From: Candidatus Saccharimonadales bacterium
GTDB taxonomy: Bacteria; Patescibacteriota; Saccharimonadia; Saccharimonadales; UBA4665
Direction: 5' to 3'
Length of the DNA stretch: 64,000 nt
Assembly: GCA_044228355.1 (NCBI GenBank)
Contig: JBGAVA010000001.1
Coordinates: 16,229 to 80,228 of the forward strand
Below are positions 19,290 to 27,074 of the stretch, piece after piece. A program made the translations under genes and the position numbers. Positions within the stretch are counted from its first letter, which is position 1, and each line of letters begins with the position of its first letter. The notes below the pieces were generated by a model. It was not told the origin of the DNA. It made no database searches and saw only the letters and a program-made list of their open reading frames with translations.

Positions 19290-20051
19290 CTAGTAATTCT
19301 TGAGGGCGAGGTGGGTGGCGGCGGCAAGGCCGACGATGATTATGACTATACGGAGCCAGTGTGACGAAACTTTTTGGGCGGCGTGAGCCCCGAGGTAGCC
19401 GCCTATGGTCGTGCCCACAGCCATGACCACGCCTATGTGCCAGTCGATCAGCCCGGTCGAGTACAGTACGGCGATGGATATGAGAGAAACCAGTATGGCC
19501 GAAACATTTTTCATAGCCGCCAGCATGTGCACCTCGTGTACTTTGCCGAGCCCCAGAAACGCCAGCATGATAAACCCATAACCCGCCCCGAAGAACCCGC
19601 CGTAAAAGGTGATGGGAAGCAGGGCGATGCCTATGAGCACGATCGGCAGCAATGCCTTACTGCGCCCGCGCAGGTGCGTGTGCAGGTGGAAGTGCAGGGC
19701 TGGCTGGAAGGCAAAAAGCGCTACCCCAAACATGATGAGCAGCGGCACCAGCTCGGCAAAATCGTTACTGGGCATAGCGCGCAGGGTGAGTGCGCCCGCC
19801 AGCGCGCCTAGCGCGACAAACGGCAGAATGAGGATGTAGCGTTTCGGCACTTTGCGCAGGTATCCTCGGTAGGCATACACCGCGGCGAGCTGTCCGGGCG
19901 GCGTAATGATGTTCGCCGTCACATTTGCCACCAGGGGCGGCACACCCAGCGAAAGCAGCACAGGGAAGCCTATGAGCATGCCGCCGCCAGCTATGGCATT
20001 CATGGCGCCAACAACTATGCCCACAAGTAGTATGATGATATCTTTTTCCAT
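19290..20051 (-). CDS. TauE/SafE (TSUP, DUF81) family anion exporter
   Basis: MNAIAGGGMLIGFPVLL and a repeated 4-TM architecture. The start is moved to MEKDII because the first 8 listed codons lie in a repeat element. Confidence 0.7.
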   Translation of the reverse strand: MEKDIIILLVGIVVGAMNAIAGGGMLIGFPVLLSLGVPPLVANVTANIITPPGQLAAVYAYRGYLRKVPKRYILILPFVALGALAGALTLRAMPSNDFAELVPLLIMFGVALFAFQPALHFHLHTHLRGRSKALLPIVLIGIALLPITFYGGFFGAGYGFIMLAFLGLGKVHEVHMLAAMKNVSAILVSLISIAVLYSTGLIDWHIGVVMAVGTTIGGYLGAHAAQKVSSHWLRIVIIIVGLAAATHLALKNY

Positions 20052-20053
20052 TA

Positions 20054-20174
20054 GAAACGACACAAAACGACACATTTCGAGCGAAAAACTCCGCTCCTCA
20101 TTCCGTCGTACCGTAGTACGCCTGCATTCCGGTGCTCGTTTTTCATCCCAAACTGCACCATTTTGTGTCGTTCC
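20054..20174. repeat. palindromic repeat remnant (imperfect 14-bp terminal inverted repeats GAAACGACACAAAA / TTTTGTGTCGTTCC)
   Basis: Inverted termini at 20054-20067 and 20161-20174. The interior contains CATTCCG boxes like those of the MITE family. Confidence 0.4.
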
Positions 20175-20258
20175 TTTCGTGTTTGATTTGGCTTGTGCTT
20201 ACTAGTATACATCGAAACCGAATCACGAGGGCAGAATTATCAGTCGTGACGAGAAAAA

Positions 20259-20516
20259 CTACTTCCGGCGCAGCCACATACGCTTGAGTAACGAAACCGT
20301 GAGAGTCGAAAGTAAAAATCCCATGACGGGCACAAGGGCGTTGAGCCACGGTTCAACATGAACGACAAAATGTAAGTATGCCACAACGGTTAAATACGTC
20401 ATACCAGCGATACTCAGGCGCCGCAGCCAGCTGGTCTCCCACGCCTTATCTGCCTCCACCCGCTGATTTCGTATTTCTAGTGCAGCAATTCGTTTTTCAA
20501 GCGACGATTGCATCAT
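20259..20516 (-). CDS. small two-TM membrane protein (85 aa) translationally coupled to hicA
   Basis: Its ATG overlaps the hicA stop (ATGA). It has a coiled N-terminus followed by two TM helices. Confidence 0.45.
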   Translation of the reverse strand: MMQSSLEKRIAALEIRNQRVEADKAWETSWLRRLSIAGMTYLTVVAYLHFVVHVEPWLNALVPVMGFLLSTLTVSLLKRMWLRRK

Positions 20517-20737
20517 TTGAGGTTCCGAATAAGCTCATCCACACTAATACCCAGGGGGTTCAAGATGCCTTTTTTCAGCGTTCCGGGCTTCAGTTGTTTA
20601 TGGTTAGGAATGACTGTTGTCCGGCCGGTGGCATCTCGCAGTTTGATATGACTGCCGCGTTGGCCCACTTTCACAAAACCCATACGCTCAAGTGCGCGCA
20701 CAAGTTCAGATGCTGATATGACGGGCTGTTTAGGCAT
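20513..20737 (-). CDS. hicA: HicA-family mRNA interferase toxin
   Basis: SELVRALERMGFVKVGQRGSHIKLRD...TVIPNHKQLKPGTLKKIL is a typical YcfA/HicA fold signature. The start is set at MPKQPV, overlapping the hicB end. Confidence 0.8.
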   Translation of the reverse strand: MPKQPVISASELVRALERMGFVKVGQRGSHIKLRDATGRTTVIPNHKQLKPGTLKKGILNPLGISVDELIRNLK

Positions 20738-20960
20738 GGGCAAAGCCAACTGGGACAACGAATTGCCTGCGATATGTCGATTCGGAAGGCTCTGTTTCGG
20801 GGCTATCTTCAAGGTATAGCTCGATAGCCTCGCGGATGTTTGCCAGAGCCTCTTCTATAGTCTCGCCCTGCGAAGCACATCCCGGTAAATCGGGCACCCA
20901 AACTGAGAAGCTGCCGTCAACTTCTTCTTGAAATACTGCCTGATATTCACTGCGTTTCAT
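20730..20960 (-). CDS. hicB: HicB-family antitoxin
   Basis: YQAVFQEEVDGSFSVWVPDLPGCASQGETIEEALANIREAIELYLE (UPF0150/HicB N-domain). A TATAAT box lies 6 nt upstream of the ATG, so the mRNA is apparently leaderless. Confidence 0.8.
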   Translation of the reverse strand: MKRSEYQAVFQEEVDGSFSVWVPDLPGCASQGETIEEALANIREAIELYLEDSPETEPSESTYRRQFVVPVGFAHA

Positions 20961-21005
20961 AGGGTAATTATACCATGAGTATCTAAGCTGGTACAATGGT
21001 AGCGT

Positions 21006-21926
21006 ATGAAAATTGATTTACCGGGCGGGCGGTATGTGGTGGCGGTGAGCGGGGGAGTTGACTCGGTCGTTCTTCTTGACCTATTGGCCAAGCAAAACGA
21101 CAATCCACAAAAAGACCCCAACTACCAACTACCAACTACCAACTACCAACTGACAGTGGCGCATTTCGATCATGGTATCCGGTCAGATTCGGCCGAGGAT
21201 CGCCAGTTTGTCCAAAAACTAGCCAAAAGGTACGGCCTGCCGTTCGTCTATGACCGGGCAGAACTGGGAGCGGGGGCAAGCGAGGCGGCCGCGCGCAAGG
21301 CTCGTTATGATTTTCTGGCCAAGGTCAAAAAAGCAGTCAGCGCGGATGCCATCATTACGGCGCACCATGAAGATGACGTGCTGGAAACCATCATCATAAA
21401 CTGGATGCGCGGCACGAAAAGCCGCGGGCTTAGTTCACTGCGTTCAGGCACGCTGGTACGGCGTCCTTTACTTGGGATGACCAAAAAACAGATACGGAGT
21501 TATGCTCGTTCGCAAAAACTGCAGTGGCGCGAAGACAGTACGAATGCCGATGAAACCTACTTACGTAACTACATTCGCAAGCATGTCGTTGCTGGCCTGG
21601 ATACGGAAGCCCGCACGAGGTTGCTTGAACACAGTGCGAAGGCTGCCAAGCTGAACGATGCCATTCACGAGGTAGTGACAGCGTATCTAGCGCAGCACAC
21701 ATCGCCAGAAGGTATCGACCGGGCACGCTACCGCGAACTGCCCAAAGAAGTGGCGCGCGAGGTGCTGGTCGAGTGGCTTCGCCGCTACACACACGCGGGC
21801 GTGACAACTAAGCTCATTGTGCGCCTAGACGCTGCCATTCGCACCGGCCGGAATGGCACCCAGGTCGACATCGCCGGCGGTCAAAGCTTCAAGCTGACTA
21901 GGGAAACTGCCGAACTGACGGTTTAG
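21006..21926 (+). CDS. tilS: tRNA(Ile)-lysidine synthetase
   Basis: PP-loop VAVSGGVDSVVLLDLL and HFDHGIR, with the downstream HHEDD region. Confidence 0.85.
   Translation: MKIDLPGGRYVVAVSGGVDSVVLLDLLAKQNDNPQKDPNYQLPTTNYQLTVAHFDHGIRSDSAEDRQFVQKLAKRYGLPFVYDRAELGAGASEAAARKARYDFLAKVKKAVSADAIITAHHEDDVLETIIINWMRGTKSRGLSSLRSGTLVRRPLLGMTKKQIRSYARSQKLQWREDSTNADETYLRNYIRKHVVAGLDTEARTRLLEHSAKAAKLNDAIHEVVTAYLAQHTSPEGIDRARYRELPKEVAREVLVEWLRRYTHAGVTTKLIVRLDAAIRTGRNGTQVDIAGGQSFKLTRETAELTV
21117..21150 (+). repeat. heptanucleotide microsatellite (CCAACTA)x4.9 inside tilS
   Basis: Four perfect CCAACTA units plus CCAACT, translating to PNYQLPTTNYQL in a variable loop. Confidence 0.9.
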
Positions 21927-22036
21927 GCTCTAAAACCAAGCTAAGAAAAAACAAAGAAAATAAGGTTTTTGCCAACGAATTTTGGTAATTTCTACGTTGC
22001 AAACCAAGCATAAGCGGCTCATACTGAAGCATACGC

Positions 22037-22855
22037 ATGGCAGACAAAGGTGGAGACTTACGACAAACCTACGCCGGGCAGCTCCTAAGAGCTTGCGGCG
22101 GAGACCCCAGGGTTGCCCTCGAAGAAATCAAAATTGCCGCAAAAGGCCTCCGCGCGTCCAAACAGTACAAACCCCAAAACGACGAAGTGGTTGTGCGTGT
22201 CGAGGACGTCAGTAAAACCTACAAAATGGGTAAAACGCGTGTTGACGCGCTAAAACAAGTCAGCCTCACCGTGCATAAAGGCGAGTTTATTGCCATCACT
22301 GGCACGAGCGGCAGCGGCAAAAGCACCTTGCTGCAACTCATCGGTGGGCTAGACAAGCCGACGTCCGGTGCAATAACCGTTCACGATCAAGATCTGAAAA
22401 AATTGAGCGATGGCAAGCTTTCCCGGTTTCGTAACCGGACAATTGGCTTTGTTTTTCAGTTTTTCTACCTGCAACCATTTTTGCGCCTCCAAACCAACAT
22501 AGAAGTCCCGGCCATGTTTGCCCGGACGAAGCGCGGTGTACGCAGTAGCAAGAGCAGTGAGCTAGCCGGTATGGTTGGACTAAGTGACCGCCTGCGCCAC
22601 TACCCGCGCGAACTTTCCGGCGGGCAGATGCAGCGAGCGGCCATCGCCAGAGCGCTTCAGAACGACCCAGATATATTGCTAGCCGATGAGCCAACTGGCA
22701 ACCTCGATCACGCCAACGCCACAGCCATCTTTGACCTGTTCAAGAAAATTCGTGACGAACGCGGTACGACCGTAGTGGTCGTCACGCACGATCTTGCACT
22801 TGCGGCCATGGCCGACCGCGCCGTTCACATGGCAGATGGAGGACTAGTAGCATGA
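22037..22855 (+). CDS. ABC transporter ATP-binding protein (MacB/LolD/FtsE-like)
   Basis: Walker A GTSGSGKSTLL, signature LSGGQMQR, and Walker B ILLADEPTGNLD. The N-terminal extension of about 50 aa is uncertain. Confidence 0.85.
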   Translation: MADKGGDLRQTYAGQLLRACGGDPRVALEEIKIAAKGLRASKQYKPQNDEVVVRVEDVSKTYKMGKTRVDALKQVSLTVHKGEFIAITGTSGSGKSTLLQLIGGLDKPTSGAITVHDQDLKKLSDGKLSRFRNRTIGFVFQFFYLQPFLRLQTNIEVPAMFARTKRGVRSSKSSELAGMVGLSDRLRHYPRELSGGQMQRAAIARALQNDPDILLADEPTGNLDHANATAIFDLFKKIRDERGTTVVVVTHDLALAAMADRAVHMADGGLVA

Positions 22856-24858
22856 TGACCTTGCTAGACAGCATCCAACTGGCTAGTGCCAAGCTGCGGA
22901 CGCACCGAGTTCGTACCGGCATCGTTGTTACGGTTGCTGCGCTACTGTTTTCGGGCATCGTTCTGGCGCTAACCATGCTTACTGGGGCAGCAAAGAGCGC
23001 CCAATCGTTCGGTACCGAGGGCTTAAGCGGCCGCTACATAGTCCAAGCCCACCCCATCTTTGATTCGCAAGCCATGTACATGAGTACGCCGGAAATGATC
23101 GAGACGTTCAAGACACGCAATGCTCAAATCAAGGCCGACAAAAAAGCGACCGCTAAACGGCTTAACCTCACCTATGATTCTGCGAGTGATATGAACCTGC
23201 CGCTCGTTGAGGGCAAAAACATGAGTGGCGTCACCGAAGCCTACCTGAACCCAGCCCACCCGGAGGTGCGCGAAGCTCTCAACACGTACGCCCAAAACCT
23301 CCCTCACCTCAGTTTCGCTGATTTTTCAGGACTTGCCAAAAAGGCTGGCGCTAAAGAGATGTACCGTAGCGCGACCAATCCATTCAGCGGCAGTTTTTAC
23401 TTTGGCAGTACTAACTCAAGCGCCAAAAATTCAACCGTTGTACCAGTGCTCGACGGCAAAGAACAGGCAGCGGATAGGGGTACGGGCGGGAACATGGGTG
23501 AACCCCGCGGTGTCGGCACCATCACGACTAGGGGCCTCACCTACTTCGATAGCAGCCTTTTAGAGCCGTTTGTACTGCCTGGTCAGAATTTGGCGCTCGG
23601 CAGTACCGGTGACGTGCCGGTCATAGCACCGGTGAGTGCCGTCGAAGAGATTCTGGGGCTGTCCAGTTTGCCCTCGACCGCTACCGCTCAGCAGCGTCTG
23701 GACCGGATGATTCGCCTGCGCAAAGACATCGCCGGAAAGACGGCACAGCTTTGTTACCGCAATACCGGCAGTAACGAGCTTCTGGCTCAAGCCAAACAAC
23801 AGGCTAAGGAAATAGCCGCCAATAAAGGCAAGGCCGGCTACATACCACCGAGCCTCCAGTACGCCGTGCCAGCAGAGGCTTGCGGTGCAGTGACTATCAA
23901 AAAAGACACCCGCAGTGCCGAAGAAAAAAGGCAAGCCGAAAACGAACTGACGTTCAAAAAGCAGTTTGAAGACTACGCTGAACCTGACCAGCAGATCATG
24001 CACATACGTATAGTTGGGTTTTCGCAGGACATGTCATTCCAGTCGGGTTTCAGTGCTCGCAGCATCATCGAGAGCATCCTACAGACCGGCCTGGGGCAGG
24101 GCTGGTTTGCACCGAGTGGCGCCATCACCGATGGTTCGGTAGCCGACAAAATCCAGCCCATGCTATCGAAGCGCCTGAACGTCGAACAAGTCTACTACGC
24201 TGAGTTTGCCGACCTGGCATCGGCCAAACGCTTTGCCAAAGAAGCCAGCTGCACCAGCAACGCCATGGGCGATCAAGCAATAATGATGGCCGGTCCATCA
24301 AAGGTTGGGCAGCAAGATCCGCGGGTGGTTGATTGTTACGGTCAGGGCAAATACTTCGACATCTCGCCGTTTGGTAACAACGCCAGCGCCATAGAAGACA
24401 TGCGCCGGGGCGTCTGGAAAGTGATGCGCTATGTTGCGCCCGTGGTGCTACTGCTGGCGTCACTCGTTCTGATGGGTATAGTCGGTAAGATAATCGCCGA
24501 TAGCCGCCGTGAAACAGCCGTTTTCCGGGCACTGGGCGCTACGCGTCTGGGGATCGCCCAAATATATCTGACCTACAGCGTGTTTATTGCGCTGTTCATC
24601 ATGCTGCTGGCGTTCGTGCTCGGTTTCTTGGGTGCGGCCATGCTCAGCCGTAAACTTGCGCCTGATGCTTCGGTCTCTGCGGTGCTGGCTTACAATTCTC
24701 AGGATGTGCATAAGCAGTTTACATTCTTTGGCGTAGAACCGCTCTATGTGCTGCTTATCATGGGGCTCATCGTGGTCGCAGCGCTGCTCAGTACGGCTCT
24801 GCCGCTGCTGACAAACATCCGCCGCAACCCCATCCAAGACATGCGCGACGAGAACTAA
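22852..24858 (+). CDS. FtsX/MacB-type ABC transporter permease with large extracytoplasmic domain
   Basis: ATGA overlap with the ATPase gene. One N-terminal TM, a roughly 480-aa soluble domain, then three C-terminal TM helices (FtsX topology). Confidence 0.75.
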   Translation: MMTLLDSIQLASAKLRTHRVRTGIVVTVAALLFSGIVLALTMLTGAAKSAQSFGTEGLSGRYIVQAHPIFDSQAMYMSTPEMIETFKTRNAQIKADKKATAKRLNLTYDSASDMNLPLVEGKNMSGVTEAYLNPAHPEVREALNTYAQNLPHLSFADFSGLAKKAGAKEMYRSATNPFSGSFYFGSTNSSAKNSTVVPVLDGKEQAADRGTGGNMGEPRGVGTITTRGLTYFDSSLLEPFVLPGQNLALGSTGDVPVIAPVSAVEEILGLSSLPSTATAQQRLDRMIRLRKDIAGKTAQLCYRNTGSNELLAQAKQQAKEIAANKGKAGYIPPSLQYAVPAEACGAVTIKKDTRSAEEKRQAENELTFKKQFEDYAEPDQQIMHIRIVGFSQDMSFQSGFSARSIIESILQTGLGQGWFAPSGAITDGSVADKIQPMLSKRLNVEQVYYAEFADLASAKRFAKEASCTSNAMGDQAIMMAGPSKVGQQDPRVVDCYGQGKYFDISPFGNNASAIEDMRRGVWKVMRYVAPVVLLLASLVLMGIVGKIIADSRRETAVFRALGATRLGIAQIYLTYSVFIALFIMLLAFVLGFLGAAMLSRKLAPDASVSAVLAYNSQDVHKQFTFFGVEPLYVLLIMGLIVVAALLSTALPLLTNIRRNPIQDMRDEN

Positions 24859-24871
24859 CAACCAGCAACCA

Positions 24872-24912
24872 AGTGAAATGCTAATCTGTTAGCACATCAT
24901 CCCAGGTGAAAA
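24872..24912 (-). repeat. copy of the TTTCACCTGGGATG composite element
   Basis: The plus strand reads AGTGAAATGCTAATCTGTTAGCACATCATCCCAGGTGAAAA. Confidence 0.6.
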
Positions 24913-24985
24913 AGAAGAGATTTGTTAGGATATCTAGACCAGACCAGTCGCATCTTGGCCATGTCTGTTGTATACTGTGTGGCAC

Positions 24986-26854
24986 ATGGAGACAAAATCA
25001 CCCCGTTCAAACGGTAAGCGGCCTGCGGGCAAGCAAACCGGTAAAAATATTGGTTTCACTGCGCTCATACTACTTTTTGCGCTCATAGGCTTTTCGGCCA
25101 TGAACCAGCCGACGTCGCTCAAGGAAATACCCATATCCCAAGCGGTGCAGGAAGCCAATGCTGGTAAGTACGCTGGTATCGAAGTTCGTGGCACACAGCT
25201 ACATATCACCAAAAAAGGTGACAAAAAGCCGACGCTCAAATCGACGCTGGAAGAAGGTTCGACCACAGCTGACGAAGGCATCAAGCGCGACAAAGTTAAG
25301 ATTACTGCCAAGCCTTCCAGCTCGATCACATCCAATATCATCGGTTTTGGTCTGACCACCATCTTGCCGCTGCTGCTTTTCGGTGCTTTGCTAATCTGGA
25401 TGGTGCGCAGCGCTCAGGGGCAGGGCAACCAAGCGCTTAGCTTTGGCAAGTCACGTGCTCGTTTGTACGGTAACGAAAAAGACAAGGTGGTGTTTAAGGA
25501 CATCGCCGGGCAGGGCGAGGCCAAGCAAGACCTAGAAGAAGTCGTCGAATTCCTGAAGTTCCCGAAGAAGTTTTCGGCGCTTGGCGCCAAAATTCCGAAA
25601 GGTGTACTGCTCGTCGGCCCTCCTGGTACCGGTAAAACCATGCTGGCCCGTGCCGTGGCGGGCGAAGCTGGGGTACCGTTCTTTAGCATCTCTGGCTCAG
25701 AATTCGTCGAAATGTTTGTAGGTGTCGGCGCCTCACGTGTGCGCGACCTATTTGCCAAGGCGAAGAAAAACGCGCCGTGCATTATATTTGTCGATGAAAT
25801 CGACGCTGTCGGGCGCCGCCGCGGGAGTGGTATGGGCGGCGGGCACGATGAACGCGAACAAACGCTCAACCAGATTTTGGTAGAGATGGACGGCTTCGAA
25901 CAGGGGCAGAACGTCATAGTTCTGGCTGCGACCAACCGTGCCGACGTGCTTGACCCGGCGCTACTGCGTCCGGGACGCTTTGACCGGCGTGTCATGATAG
26001 GTCTACCAGAGCGGGCTGATCGTCTGGCTGTGCTGCAGATTCATTTCAAGGACAAACCGCTCGCCAAAGACGTTGACCTCGACGCACTGGCTGCCAAAAC
26101 GGCTGGTTCTTCCGGGGCAGATCTGGCAAACATCGCGAATGAATCTGCCATCATCGCTGCGCGTAACAACCACAGCCAAATCACCCAGGAAGATGTGACA
26201 GAAGCTTTTGAGCGCGTTGCCATCGGGCCGGAGCGCAAGAGCAAGGTGATGAACGAAAAAGAGAAGGAACTGACGGCGTACCATGAGGCCGGCCACGCCA
26301 TCGTGGGTCATGTGCTGCCAGATAGCGATGTTGTCCATAAAGTCACCATCATTCCGCGCGGCGGAACGGGCGGCGTCACTTGGTTTATCCCGCCGGAAGA
26401 CAAAAGCTACCACTCGATCTTGGAGTACAAAGACGTCTTGGCTCGGATGCTGGGCGGCCGTATCGCCGAAGAAGTTGTGTACGGACATGACCGCGTGACA
26501 ACCGGTGCGGGCAACGACCTACAAAAGGCTGCTGAACTCGCCCGCGATATGATTACCCAGCAGGGTATGGGCAAGAAACTGCGCGACCAAGTGTTCCACG
26601 CCGAAGAAGGCATCATGATGGAACGGATTATGCACGAGCGTGAGTACTCCGATGAAACGGCGAAAGTTATCGATGATGAAGTGGAAGCGCTTATTAGCGA
26701 GGCGGCTGCCCGCGCCCGTGCCGTCATAAAGGCCAATATGGAACAGCTGAAGCGTCTGAAAGACAAATTGCTCGAGAAAGAAACCGTCGAGGCAGACGAA
26801 GTCGTTGCCCTATTTAAAGACTCACACCTCCCCAAAGAAGCCGCCCTGTACTAA
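24986..26854 (+). CDS. ftsH: ATP-dependent zinc metalloprotease FtsH
   Basis: Walker A GPPGTGKT, Walker [12 protein letters not shown] region, and zinc site HEAGHA. The first ATG is at 24986, just after a TATACT box. Confidence 0.95.
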   Translation: METKSPRSNGKRPAGKQTGKNIGFTALILLFALIGFSAMNQPTSLKEIPISQAVQEANAGKYAGIEVRGTQLHITKKGDKKPTLKSTLEEGSTTADEGIKRDKVKITAKPSSSITSNIIGFGLTTILPLLLFGALLIWMVRSAQGQGNQALSFGKSRARLYGNEKDKVVFKDIAGQGEAKQDLEEVVEFLKFPKKFSALGAKIPKGVLLVGPPGTGKTMLARAVAGEAGVPFFSISGSEFVEMFVGVGASRVRDLFAKAKKNAPCIIFVDEIDAVGRRRGSGMGGGHDEREQTLNQILVEMDGFEQGQNVIVLAATNRADVLDPALLRPGRFDRRVMIGLPERADRLAVLQIHFKDKPLAKDVDLDALAAKTAGSSGADLANIANESAIIAARNNHSQITQEDVTEAFERVAIGPERKSKVMNEKEKELTAYHEAGHAIVGHVLPDSDVVHKVTIIPRGGTGGVTWFIPPEDKSYHSILEYKDVLARMLGGRIAEEVVYGHDRVTTGAGNDLQKAAELARDMITQQGMGKKLRDQVFHAEEGIMMERIMHEREYSDETAKVIDDEVEALISEAAARARAVIKANMEQLKRLKDKLLEKETVEADEVVALFKDSHLPKEAALY

Positions 26855-26926
26855 GCCCCATCACCTCCCATCCCTCACAGCTCCGAAGGAAAACACTCAC
26901 TGCAACCCCAGGCCTGCTTTTTCTAT

Positions 26927-26968
26927 CCTCCAATCCCTAATCTCTAATCCCAATTTGTTAATCCTTAA
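26927..26968 (+). repeat. degenerate heptanucleotide tract (TCCCTAA/TCTCTAA/TCCCAAT/TTGTTAA/TCCTTAA)
   Basis: 7-nt periodicity read directly from the sequence. The tract is G-poor and intergenic. Confidence 0.6.
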
Positions 26969-27074
26969 TCGTTCCTCGTCCCTCATCATTCACCCGTGCC
27001 AATATTCCCTCTGCCGCCACCTGTATTTAAACGGCTAAAAGTGAGACAATATAACAGAAGCCGCTTATGCGGGA

